The translations under genes were made by a program, and so were the position numbers. A DNA stretch of 63,803 bases, the filler included, from Octopus bimaculoides (taxonomy: Eukaryota): NCBI RefSeq assembly GCF_001194135.2. It is 3 parts of 3 records of this genome, joined end to end, with 100 filler letters (N's around TTAATTAATTAA, not from the genome) between each part and the next. Parts side by side here need not be neighbours in the genome. Positions count along the whole stretch, not along the records: positions 25,466 to 52,659 come from NC_068996.1; positions 52,760 to 63,803 come from NC_068982.1; 1 more part is not named here. The stretch is one strand, 5' to 3'. The notes under the pieces are model-generated. The model ran no database searches, was not told the DNA's origin, and saw nothing but the letters and a program-made list of their open reading frames with translations. How positions within the stretch are numbered: position 1 is the first letter of the stretch; every line of letters starts with the position of its first letter. Shown here in pieces: positions 49,809 through 61,824 of the stretch.

Positions 49809-49958
49809 TATCTCAAGAATTTATATTGTATGGTATCTGATCTTTATTTATCTATGTTGTTCAAATATATGCCAATGGCCACTTTAAGCACATTTCTGTT
49901 CACCCGCACATCTCTCTCTCTCTGTCTCTGTCTCTGTCTGTCTGTCTCTGTCTCTCTG

Positions 49959-50031
<73 letters not shown>

Positions 50032-50534
50032 NNNNNNNNNNNNNNNNNNNNNNNNNNNNNNNNNNNNNNNNNNNNNNNNNNNNNNNNNNNNNNNNNNNNN
50101 NNNNNNNNNNNNNNNNNNNNNNNNNNNNNNNNNNNNNNNNNNNNNNNNNNNNNNNNNNNNNNNNNNNNNNNNNNNNNNNNNNNNNNNNNNNNNNNNNNNN
50201 NNNNNNNNNNNNNNNNNNNNNNNNNNNNNNNNNNNNNNNNNNNNNNNNNNNNNNNNNNNNNNNNNNNNNNNNNNNNNNNNNNNNNNNNNNNNNNNNNNNN
50301 NNNNNNNNNNNNNNNNNNNNNNNNNNNNNNNNNNNNNNNNNNNNNNNNNNNNNNNNNNNNNNNNNNNNNNNNNNNNNNNNNNNNNNNNNNNNNNNNNNNN
50401 NNNNNNNNNNNNNNNNNNNNNNNNNNNNNNNNNNNNNNNNNNNNNNNNNNNNNNNNNNNNNNNNNNNNNNNNNNNNNNNNNNNNNNNNNNTATATATATA
50501 TATATAATATATATGCGTATGTGTGTATATATAA

Positions 50535-50577
<43 letters not shown>

Positions 50578-51393
50578 CACGCACACACATACGTTTCTCT
50601 TTTTTACCTCCCCTCTTTTTCTCTTACGACTTCATTTCGTTTTTTTTAATGACTGCTAATTGTCACGAACGATGTCATAAATATCACGATGTATTTTTCT
50701 CTGACTGTTTGTCTGTCTGTCTGTCTGTCTGTCTCTCTTTCTTTTTCTCTTTCTCTTTCCCTTGCTCTTTTTTAATCTTTTTTTTTATCTCACTTTCACT
50801 ATCTCTGAAAAATTTACCACTTTTCTGAGAGTTCTCTTTTTATTTTCCCCTTTCTTTCTCCCTTTTACGACTTGACTTTCATAGTTTCTACCTCTCTCAG
50901 CACTTACTGCTCATAAAACGTCTTTTGAGGTTCGACATCAAATGCTATTTAATTAAAAATTATCTGTCACAAAAAACACTCCGTTGTTTACGTTTTCTAC
51001 ATTCTGGCACTCGAATTGTTTACATCTTACATTTCTCGAAGTCACATTTTTATAATTTCTCATTAATATTGTAAACCGAAGGTCGGTGATAATTTCGTTC
51101 TACAACATCAACGTTTTGTGTAGCTTCTCGATTGTAATTTTTCTAATCATTCGAATCATAAAAGATTATTTTCCTCCCATTTATATATGAAAAAAACAAA
51201 CAAAAAATAACATCTGCTCGTAATTGTTTTTTGTTTTAATAATTTGTTTCCGTCAATAATACCACAGGAAAGGATGTACTCAATCTATATCGTTTTCTGC
51301 TGGCAAATGCACGTATGTTCTGTTGGCAACAGAAACAAAGAAACCGGGTCAACAAAGACTTCAAGTAAATATTGCCAGGAATGCAGCTAACAG

Positions 51394-51862
51394 GCGCAAG
51401 AGTGGTTGTGTGGTACGTAGCTTGCTTACCAACCACATGGTCGACTTTGCCTTTCATCCTTTCGGGGTCGATTAAATAAGTACCAGTTACACACTGGGGT
51501 CGATATAATCGACTTAATCCGTTTGTCTGTCCTTGTTTGTCCCCTCTGTGTGTAGCCCCTTGTGGGCAGTAACGAAATAGGAAACTGAAAGAAGCCCGTC
51601 GTATATATGTATATATATGTGTGTGTATATGTGTGTGTGTGTGTGTGGTTGTGTGTCAGTGTTTGTTCCCCCCCCCATCGCTTGACAACCGATGCTGGTG
51701 TGTTTACGTCCCCGTAACTTAGCGGTTCGGCAAAAGACACCGATAGAATAAGTACTAGGCTTACAAAAGAATAAGTCCTGAGTCGATTTTGCTCGACTAA
51801 AGGCGGTGCTCCAGCATGACCGCAGTCAAATGACTGAAACAAGTAAAAAGAGTAAAAAGAGT
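51394..51862 (+). mobile_element. Chimeric SINE: A head, B body, A 3' half
   Basis: Switches at CCACATGGT|CGACTTTGCC (~51440) and GAAATAG|GAAACTGAAAG (~51581). Confidence 0.85.
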
Positions 51863-52396
51863 AACAGAATACTTGAGAGACTGATGTTGAACCTGATATT
51901 TATTGGGAACAGTACGCAGTCAGACATCTTGATCATACAAGCAACGAGATCCACAAATGTACCACGTCAGGCAGAAAACTCAAAGAGCCAAATAAGCAGA
52001 AGTTAGATCTCAGCCATATATTCATGAACTGCAGAAAAGACGTGCCTTCGACTATGATACAGGACATGACTATACTTCTGATAAAATAGTTTCAGTTGGT
52101 ACCATGTCCAGCAAGCGCATAGTCAATAAATGGAAACGAGGCTAATGCAATGAGCTGTTCCAACGGAAATGTTTATCGACCCACTCTTGTTGATTCACAG
52201 GAACACCTCTAACAGCTTGTTACTAAGAAATTTTTTTAAGAACATCAAAGTATATAAGCCTGCAAACGACTTCTTATGGAAATAAAACTGTTTTCACTTT
52301 CACTTAACCCTGTTTTTATTTTATTTTATTTTATTTTATTTTATACTCTTGAATTTAGTACATTGTCATTTGCACAACAAATAAATATACAACAGT

Positions 52397-52466
52397 AATC
52401 CATCGACTATCGCGGGTGTTATGTTCCAAAACCTCCCGCGATAGGTGAAAATTCGCGAAATAGAAA
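52397..52466 (+). mobile_element. pogo/Tigger-like transposon terminus
   Basis: CAGTAATCCATCGACTATCGCGGGTGTTATGTTCCAAAACCTCCCGCGATAGGTGAAAATTCGCGAA. A SINE B head follows immediately at 52468-52535. Confidence 0.65.
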
Positions 52467-52659
52467 CGGTAGGCGGCGAGTTGGCAGAAACGTTAGCACG
52501 CCGGGCGAAATACTTAGCGGTATTTCGTCTGTGTGACACCGGTTGAGGTGCTTAGCGGTGTAGCGACTCCGTGAGATTGGATTGTTACTAGTTATTTGAG
52601 TGCGTCTGTACAGTAAGTGCAAGTTTCCATTAACTGTTTTTGTGTGTTCTTGTCATAAC

Positions 52660-52759
52660 NNNNNNNNNNNNNNNNNNNNNNNNNNNNNNNNNNNNNNNNN
52701 NNNTTAATTAATTAANNNNNNNNNNNNNNNNNNNNNNNNNNNNNNNNNNNNNNNNNNNN
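52660..52759. other. Artificial scaffold join (44 N + TTAATTAATTAA + 44 N)
   Basis: Same construct as 25366-25465. Confidence 0.9.
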
Positions 52760-53470
52760 TATATATATATATATATACATGCTTTTATACGAAGAAATAT
52801 GTACACGCGCGTGTGTCCGCTCACATACACGTACACAAGCTCATGAACACATTTTGCCGATCTTTCTTCCTCAATCTAAATCTCTCTGCATTTACCTTTA
52901 TCGTTCATCTCATGTCCTCTGTCCAACTACAAACTGTCTATACAATATAAGCAAGCGTTACTAACACAGGATAGCTCTAGTTTGGTTAGCTGTGCACATT
53001 TAGGGAGTATAGTTGGAATGACTGCTAACACAAGTTGATTCTTAATCGCCGGTTTCAATCTTGATCAAAGCAAACCAGTGATCAAATGGTCTTCAGACGT
53101 TATCAACCCAAATTTATCCCCGCACTCCAATTCCAGGCACAGTATATCAAGGACAGTATTTGTTAATGCTTTTGTTTTCAAAACCGGTGATGAGATGAAA
53201 AAGTTAGTTTTCTAATTGATATATTTCTTTTTTTAATCGAGCTATATACAAACCTGAGAAATGATACTGTAAAAGGTATGATACCAGTCATTCAGCTTAG
53301 CAGCCGCTGATTACGTTATAGTTTGGTAATGGAAGGTTAAGGGCTTCCTGGATGCCTGCCAGAGAACAGTGTAAAAGTGCTTCGTGGATGAGCGAGGTGC
53401 TGTTACGTAGAAGGTCTCAGGCTCAACTCGCTTAACAAAGTGAAACTCTTTCTTTAAGTACGAGTTTTAC

Positions 53471-53570
53471 TACGCATGCGCAATTCGAGGGGCTTCCGGT
53501 GGTGAAGTCCCCTGCGCATGCGCAGAATAGTACTTCCTCAATAGCGGCTATAATTTCGCGCCACTACAAT
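53471..53570. promoter_or_regulatory. Candidate housekeeping-type core promoter
   Basis: Two NRF1/EWG-type motifs (TACGCATGCGCA 53471-53482, TGCGCATGCGCA 53513-53524), an ETS-type CTTCCGGT 53493-53500 and ACTACAA near 53563, all in non-repetitive CpG-rich sequence. Confidence 0.55.
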
Positions 53571-54089
53571 ACAGTTCTTGATGAGCTTCAGAGAACAAAG
53601 TTATTTTTTAAGAAAAAGATAATAATTTTGTACCGCTTCCTTTAATTATATCTCAAATAGCCAACATGCAGGCAGCCCTTGTTGGGGGACCCCTCACGCT
53701 TTGGTTTTGGTTTAAAGTAGAAATCATCGAGATTTTTAAAATAGTTTTCAAAACCAGTACTGGAAATTCGTAATGTTAAAGTACGGAAACAGGAAACTTA
53801 TACGACATCAGTGAATGTACAAGTAAATGTTTGCAAGGACAGTGACTTCCATTAAGGTAGGTTTTAAAACAAATACTTTTAGTGAACAGGAATTCGAAAT
53901 TGAGATGACTTTCCGTTTAGAAATCTTAAATGAGAGCGAAGGAAATGTGATATATATTGAATATACTGAAGCTGTCTCCGACACAGAGACAAAATACTGC
54001 TGAGGTATGTGATAGACTTGTGAGTCAACGTTCTATATAAGTGTAAAGGATATAAGTGATGTTTAGCTAAAAGAAAAAAAAAAGAAAAG

Positions 54090-54433
54090 AAAAAGGTGGG
54101 AGCTTAGTGGTTAAGGTGTTGGACTCATGATCGCTAGATTGTAGTTTCGATTCCTGGACCAGGTGACGCGGTCCAGGAATCGAAACCACATACATACATA
54201 CATGGTATGGTTATAAACGTGGAATTCCTTTCAGCTTAGGATTAATGTAACTAGCGGATGGAAAAATGTATTAATGCATTACAATATATGTTTCTGCACC
54301 CCACGTTTATAACCATACCATGTATGTATGTATGAGGTTTCGATTCCTGGACCGCGTCGCCTGGTCCAGGAATCGAAACCACAATCTAGCGATCATGAGT
54401 CCAACACCCTAACCACTAAGCTCCCACCTTTTT
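54090..54433. repeat. Nested inverted repeat made of SINE heads (133 bp arms, 78 bp spacer)
   Basis: 54090-54222 versus the reverse complement of 54301-54433: 4 mismatches. Each arm holds a perfect 17-18 bp hairpin. Confidence 0.95.
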
Positions 54434-54439
54434 CATGTT

Positions 54440-56340
54440 AATAAGATATTACTTAAGATTACTCATGTTATGTAAACAACTTACCCATGCAAGTGCTACC
54501 AGTAGAAAGCTCCGCATATCGGAAGCCAGCAAGTATAAGGGGTCATCAGAAGAAAGAATCCTTGGCACCCTGGTAAATCTGCAGCCACCTCCAAATAGCC
54601 GTTCCACTTATCATCACTCACAGGAACTTTCTTCGTCTTCTTGAAACGGATCTTCTGTTCTGAGCGTACGAAGGTAATGAAATCTCTGGTTGGTTCTTTC
54701 AATGGTTTTTTTTGCCACTGTTGATGAGAGAAATTTAGTTCTTTGTAGCTTTGAAGATAACCTCAAGTACCAGATTGTGTCTCCATGTATATCTATTCAA
54801 TGCCAGTGAACAGTTAGAATGAATATGTTTCAGCGTTCTGACTTTTCAGCATCTACATAAATCATTTTCTGAGACGTTTCATCTTACTAGATTTGTAGGC
54901 GATGGAAAGATCAGAGGATGAACGAATCAGAAAACTTCGCCGTGTTGTAGTCCACCTCCATATCTCATTCCAATTTATTTTTCTCTCAACAACGAGTCCC
55001 TCCAATTTCGTTATCTGCCCTTTTTGAACGCATTGGATCAAGTGAAGCTCTGTTCTCTCTGTTTCCCTTGCTTTGACGCTGTTGCTAACAACAGATCTGC
55101 ATTCGCTCCGCATCATGCATGCAAACGGTCTGAACCAATCTGCGCTAAATCCAAGACCTTTCCGATGAATTTGCGTCGCACCCACCATGTCTCGGTGTGT
55201 AAGCGAAGACAGGATGTCATCAGTCTTTCCTTTTGCTTTCCACTTGCTGGCTGTTTTTATATCTGGTGGATTATGCCTGATTTCTATATCCTTCGACACT
55301 CTCAACATCATCACCGTTCCTACCTTACATAGTTTATAAAATTCGACTATTGACGCCAGTGGTAACTGCAACGAGCCTCTTTTACGATAGAGAGCTGAAC
55401 TATCCAATATCCGAGGTAGGCCTAGCCACTTTCTAATAAACTTGTATATTAGAAGTGGTCACGAAAGGCGCAGATACAAGCCGAACTGTAAGCACCATAT
55501 TTTATATTTACCTGATAACTTTGAGCTATCAATTGCTGTCAACCCATCCTCTGCTTGTTTCATAATTTGCATCCCACGACTCCTATTTGACAATGTTCCA
55601 GCTTATACACGCCCCAAGCTCTTAACGAGTTCTTCCTTGACTGTTGGAATGTTTTCTTCAGATATTTTAAACTTAACTTCTTTTTATACTCTCTTAATAA
55701 ATGTCAGACTACGCGACTTTTTTTGCCCTGAATCACATCGTTGACCACTTCACAAGCTCGTCTAGCCTCAAGAGGGCATTCTGCATGATTTGCTTGTCTG
55801 TCGACAGAAATATTGCGTCATCCATGAAGGCCTTCTTAGGTGATTGTACATGGGCGATTTGTTCCGAAAAGTCCGCTGCATTCAAAATCATCTCCATGAC
55901 TAGAATAAACCACGTGACAGATATTGTGCAACCAGCAGCAATGCCAATCTCCAATCGGTACCAATCTGTTGTATAATTTCCAGCTGCAAATCTCATCTCG
56001 AAATTGTCATTAATTTTGCTACCTTCTCCGGAATGTGGAAATGGTCCATGGCTCTCATCAGTAATTCGTGCGGCATTGAACCACATACATTAGCTAGATC
56101 AAGCCACACCACGTTCAGACTTATCTTGTTCTGTTTGGCATCCTAGACCGCTTTCCAGATCGAAAAAACAATGCTCAATGCATCCAGGGATTTCGGCCTT
56201 TTGAACATATTCATCAACATATCCATTACTCTGTAGATATGTCACTGTTCTTGAGAGAAGATTTTGCCTTCCACATTCAATAAGGACATCGGCCTAAACT
56301 GTTTTATAGTCAAGGACGGGTCATTCGGAGTTTTCTTTTC
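54440..56340 (-). mobile_element. Decayed HERO-like RLE non-LTR retrotransposon (RT to endonuclease)
   Basis: WYRLEIGIAAGCTISVTWFILVMEMIL...AFMDD (ORF 55733-56086), RKWLGLPRILDSSALYRKRGSLQLPL, KINWNEIWRW...SFLIRS, VAADLPG. Confidence 0.92.
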
Positions 56341-58238
56341 TCAGTCGAATTCCAGATTATCTTTGCAGTTTCGGCTGGTTATACCCGAGACTGCTCCAAT
56401 CTGGCCAGCCCCAAGAAAAATCTAAGCTAAGAGCACTAGATTCCTTGGAAGAAAGCAGCGTATGTATACGAAAACAAGGACGAAAATAAACGGAGAAATG
56501 GTACACAAATATAAATGTAAACAACAGGACATTAACAACTAGTGTCTTTCGACTAAGGACGAATTAAATTAAGCTGGTGTGGAAGTGAAGCCTTACGGCA
56601 GGGACATAAGAGATGAGAGGCATGGGAAGGAATATAGATGTTGCACGGATGGTAGTCGAACCAAGAAAGAAAGGTCAGGCTTGGCCGAATACCGTCACGC
56701 GGAAGGAGAGGAGAGAGGTAGAAGCAGAAGGATAGAAGAATTAGAGAGGGACGAGAAAAAAAGAAAAGGGACAGAGTGAAGTGAAAGAGAAGGGAAGGTG
56801 AGAATGAAGGAAGGCCAAGAAATGTGAGAGAGGTGGAGCAAAAGAAAGAGTGGAAAGAACGAAGTAAGTGTGAAGGAGCTGAAAGAAAGAAACAATAAGA
56901 GAGTCGTACAATATATATATATATATGTCATTACTTTTCTCTCTCTCTCTCTATCTCTTGTTACTCGTCCTTCGCCTCTCACCGTTACTACTACTATATA
57001 TCTCTCTCTCTCTACCTCTCGTTGCTCACTTTTATTCTACTTCCTCCCCTCCTTTTCCCTCTGCTACTCTTTCTCTTCACACAGCCTTGGTCACGTGTGT
57101 CCGGCTGCTATTTCTTTTCATTCTTGGAATCATCAAGCTCGCACGTACTTCTTTGCCCCTCCTGTACGTGCTTCACAGCGTTCAAGACATACACACTTCA
57201 CGTCTGGCTGTACAGCCTTTTTGTTTGTTTATTTCACCGTTTCGTTTTCCTGTCTTGTTTTCCGTCCGCCACTACCCTCCACGAAAACAATTTNNNNNNN
57301 NNNNNNNNNNNNNNNNNNNNNNNNNNNNNNNNNNNNNNNNNNNNNNNNNNNNNNNNNNNNNNNNNNNNNNNNNNNNNNNNNNNNNNNNNNNNNNNNNNNN
57401 NNNNNNNNNNNNNNNNNNNNNNNNNNNNNNNNNNNNNNNNNNNNNNNNNNNNNNNNNNNNNNNNNNNNNNNNNNNNNNNNNNNNNNNNNNNNNNNNNNNN
57501 NNNNNNNNNNNNNNNNNNNNNNNNNNNNNNNNNNNNNNNNNNNNNNNNNNNNNNNNNNNNNNNNNNNNNNNNNNNNNNNNNNNNNNNNNNNNNNNNNNNN
57601 NNNNNNNNNNNNNNNNNNNNNNNNNNNNNNNNNNNNNNNNNNNNNNNNNNNNNNNNNNNNNNNNNNNNNNNNNNNNNNNNNNNNNNNNNNNNNNNNNNNN
57701 NNNNNNNNNNNNNNNNNNNNNNNNNNNNNNNNNNNNNNNNNNNNNNNNNNNNNNNNNNNNNNNNNNNNNNNNNNNNNNNNNNNNNNNNNNNNNNNNNNNN
57801 NNNNNNNNNNNNNNNNNNNNNNNNNNNNNNNNNNNNNNNNNNNNNNNNNNNNNNNNNNNNNNNNNNNNNNNNNNNNNNNNNNNNNNNNNNNNNNNNNNNN
57901 NNNNNNNNNNNNNNNNNNNNNNNNNNNNNNNNNNNNNNNNNNNNNNNNNNNNNNNNNNNNNNNNNNNNNNNNNNNNNNNNNNNNNNNNNNNNNNNNNNNN
58001 NNNNNNNNNNNNNNNNNNNNNNNNNNNNNNNNNNNNNNNNNNNNNNNNNNNNNNNNNNNNNNNNNNNNNNNNNNNNNNNNNNNNNNNNNNNNNNNNNNNN
58101 NNNNNNNNNNNNNNNNNNNNNNNNNNNNATCACGCTTTGAAATTCGGAGTACCAAGAAGGTTGAATCAAACTATTTGATCCATATATATATGTGCATATA
58201 CATAGGGTGAGTGAGTGGGTGCTTATGCACACACACAC

Positions 58239-58284
<46 letters not shown>

Positions 58285-58544
58285 AAAATCTCGACACTGC
58301 CACAATCAGACAGCCAGATAACTCGTGTTCAAATTCTGCAGGTGTTTTGTTGTATTCCTAGTCAGGACACATTAATCTGTGTGTGGGTGTGGGTGTGAAT
58401 CCCTTCTATCTATTCGATTACATAAGAATTTGTTGTGAAAATATTTTCGAGAGATAGGGAGATGAATTTAGGAAATTTCACACGAGTCGGCTTTGTTTCC
58501 TCATAACTTTGAGGAAATGGTTATTCTTATTTATGAAATTTTCT

Positions 58545-58745
58545 ACAAATGGTGTAGATTCCGATTATATCGAAATTTGTTATGAATATTAAACTCGACT
58601 CCCACGGCTTGACTGGTACTTTTTTTGTTTCATTGAGATCCCAGAGGGTTGAAAGGCAAATTCGGCCTCGGCAAGATTTGAAGTTGGGTTTTAAAAGGCC
58701 GCAATTAAATATCGTAGGCATTTCGTCTCTCAGCCAATTCTTCCG
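58545..58745 (-). mobile_element. Diverged SINE family B
   Basis: GAAAGGCAAATTCGGCCTCGGCAAGATTTGAA resembles the family B core. Confidence 0.7.
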
Positions 58746-59445
58746 ATCATAAGCTCTTTTATGGACACAGTAAATATTGTTTTATTGTTTATAAAATTAT
58801 TCTGTAAAAGTTAATTAGGTCAGTCTAAGTAATTACAGGCTCCTTTATTAGTTCATTGAGCGTTATTTACTCTACATAAGTTAAATATCCGAAGGTCTAA
58901 AAAAAATTCTAAGGTTTGGTGTTTTTACGTCTATACAATTTTACATAAGCGATAATTAACTCAGTTTAATTAATCTTGGTAGTCTCTACTGTAAATTGAT
59001 GATTTACTTGTAAATTAAGTGAATGTAGTATACCGTTTCTATCTGGTCCGTTTCGTTTTGTACGGGAGGTTGCTGTAAACGTAAATATTCGACAATTTTA
59101 CTGAAAAGAAAATTAATAAACTTCCTAAGCAACATCATTTACTACTGCTCTCTAGTTTTGACAATTCGGTGGTCTTTACGATAATTTTGAAGTACTAATG
59201 TCTCTAAGATGGCGTACACTCGGCTTTGCTTTTCTTTTTTTTTTTTTTTTCGGGGTCGATTAAACAAACACCAGCCCAAATACTAAGTCGATAAATCGAC
59301 TTATACCCCTCACCGGAACTTGAGGTTTTGAAAATATGTCAGAAATCGATAATATTAAGTATCATTAGTTAAAAAAAAAAATAATAAATAAATAAAATAA
59401 AGAAAAGAAAAGAAAAACGTTTCGGCAATCCATGATACTTTCTAT

Positions 59446-59623
59446 CAGTGGTTCCGAAACTTTTTCAGGCTGCCGCCCCTACTTGGTTCTAAAGCCAAAT
59501 TCCTAGTGCCACCTCACCCCCACCCCTCACTCACCATCACAGACCATTTTCTGCAGCATATTCAAAACAACAGTATTTTCAACGACCCCAGGAGTGCAGT
59601 ACCGTCCACTTTGGGAACCGCTG
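59446..59623. mobile_element. hAT (Charlie-like) MITE
   Basis: TIRs CAGTGGTTCCGAAACT / ACTTTGGGAACCGCTG. 8 bp flanks CTTTCTAT and CCTTATAT (6/8 identical). Confidence 0.75.
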
Positions 59624-60159
59624 CCTTATATGATGCTGAACTAACCGCGTTGCAAAAGTAACGTGCTACAAATTCCACATTTTCAAAGGATTTACGCTAA
59701 ATATAAATATTTTGTTACTTTGTTACTGTTCTGCCTTCAACTTTTCTGAACAACTAAACGATTAAAGTTGATCCAGTATCTGGAATACTTCCAACATCCG
59801 AAACATTTCAAATTAAATGCTTGTAAGCTATCGCTTCCAGTTCTATTATTGCGCTCTAGCTTTATTACGACAGAACTATAATAGTTTCTGTCTTTTCTTT
59901 CTTCTTCTTATGAACGACTGGATTCTAAGGTTGATTTAATATTCTACATAATTCATTTTAAAGCAAACAAATAACAGGTAAATAATAAGTAGACATATTT
60001 CATTTTTGCCAGTAGTCAATAGATTTGTTCTTATATCTCTAAATCGTTGTATTAAACTCGTACATTAATTAACTAACTTTCTGTAAATACATTACTACTC
60101 TAACTTTTAGAGTGTGCTTCTTTTTCAGATAGATGATCCACTGACGATATATATATTTA

Positions 60160-60395
60160 TTGTCAATGTAGGCATATGAAAGGTAGGTCTAGCAAGATTG
60201 TTGAGATGCTTGAACGAAGGCGTGTTGACGTGAGTTGCATCCAAGAAGTAAGGGGGAAAGGTGCTTCAGCCAGGTTTCTCATAGGTATAAAATCTTCTGG
60301 GAAGGTAACAGCGATGGGGTAGGTGGTGTGGGCATACTTCTCACAGAGAAATGGGTGGATAAGATCATAAAGGTAGTTAGAGTGTGCAACACTGT
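60160..60395 (+). mobile_element. RTE LINE AP-endonuclease fragment
   Basis: VNVG..KGRSSKIVEMLERRRVD, CIQEVR, GVGGVGILLTEKWVDKIIKVVRV. Confidence 0.85.
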
Positions 60396-60559
60396 GCATC
60401 ATTAACCAGCAAGAGGAGCTGTCCTCTTCGGGTTAAAAAATCGCAGTAAAGTCCATTCAAATGGACAGCCATGTTGAAGCAGCTACGAACATTACTTGTT
60501 AGTACAACTACTGTATTGATCTCGACTTTAGAACTAGCATTTTTGTTTATATATACATA

Positions 60560-60747
60560 TGCTTGACCGTTAAATTCACAAGTTTTTTTTTTATTCTCTC
60601 TGTTTATTTTCTCTGATTCCTTTCTGTTGAAGTGTATAGGATCGAAACATAAAAGACTTTTTCACTTTCCCAAGTGTCAAACTAATACACTTGCTTATTG
60701 TTCATACACCTATCTTCGTCTATTGTTTTTCTATAAATTTCAACTAT
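60560..60747 (+). mobile_element. Penelope-like pseudo-LTR relic (same family as 21-215)
   Basis: CCTTT-CTGTTGA-A-GTGTATAGGATC-GAAACATA-AAAG at 60619-60655. Confidence 0.5.
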
Positions 60748-61136
60748 CATAGTAACGTATGCTGAGGAATCTAAGGCTATTATGCCAGTGCAGTAACCAG
60801 TCCACATAAGTCCAAATACTTGAATGTATGCTGGGAGATTATCTTAGACCATTTGTCTTTGGATGGTTGGTTTCTGTAGTTATTATCAGTGTATTTTGGC
60901 AATTTGAATAAGAGTTTTAACTTATTTCCAGCAGGCAGACATATTGAGTATGTCTTTTGATTAATTTTAGTCCTTCAAATATTTAATACCTTTGGGAGGG
61001 GGGGGGGATGCAATTGCCTATATCATTGATTCTGTTATTATCATTTTTTTTAATTGTTACACTAGATAATACAGAGTCAATGATATCTTCACAAATTATT
61101 TTTTCGTGAATTATTTGCTCCATATTGAAATTATAT

Positions 61137-61525
61137 ATCATCATCATCATCATCGTTTAACGTCTGCTTTCCATGCTAGCATGGGTTGGACGATTTGACA
61201 GAGGACTAGCAAGCCAGAAGGCAGCACCTGCTCAAATGGTGCTATTTACGGGCCACTAGCATGGAAGCCAGACAGCTGCTCTGGCAATGAACACGCTCGG
61301 ACAGTGCTGTTAGTGTTTCACTGGCGCAGGTGCCAGTCATCGAATATGGTCCAATTACGATTTCAATTTCACTTGCTCCAACAGGTCTCCGCAAGCAGAG
61401 TATAGTGTCCAATGAAGGAGAGGTTGGCATTGGTGCCAGTCGTCGGATTTGGTTCGATTTCAATTTCAGATTTCAAATTCACTTGCCTCAACAGGTCTTC
61501 GCAAGCAGAGTTTAGTGTCCAATGA
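61137..61525 (-). mobile_element. RTE LINE 3' UTR and (ATG)n tail
   Basis: Reverse complement ends CGTCCAACCCATGCTAGCATGGAAAGCAGACGTTAAACGATGATGATG. Contains a duplicated ~60 bp unit also seen inverted at 63160-63205. Confidence 0.75.
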
Positions 61526-61824
61526 AGTAAAGATACAAATAAGTGAGCTGGCTACCCTTCTGGCAGAGGCCACAGATTATATATATAGCATATATCATAA
61601 CTTACCAGTTCAGCAAAAGAAACCAATTGAATAAGTACCAGGTTTAAAAAAATAATCTCAGGGGTTGATTTATTCAACTAAACTTTCTTCAAAGCAATGT
61701 CTATGCATATCCACAGTCTAAAGACTGAAATAAGTAAAAAATAAAAGAAAGATACTTGCATGTGTCCAAATTTATTGCATACTTTGTATTTTATGTACAA
61801 TATACTAATACTTTTTTCTTTGGT

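Noticed and set aside
56340-56560. GGCTGG...CCAGCC-GAAA and CGTCCTTAGTCGAAA (minus strand) in an unclassified repeat
   Set aside because: No CUGANGA upstream, so a ribozyme cannot be supported.
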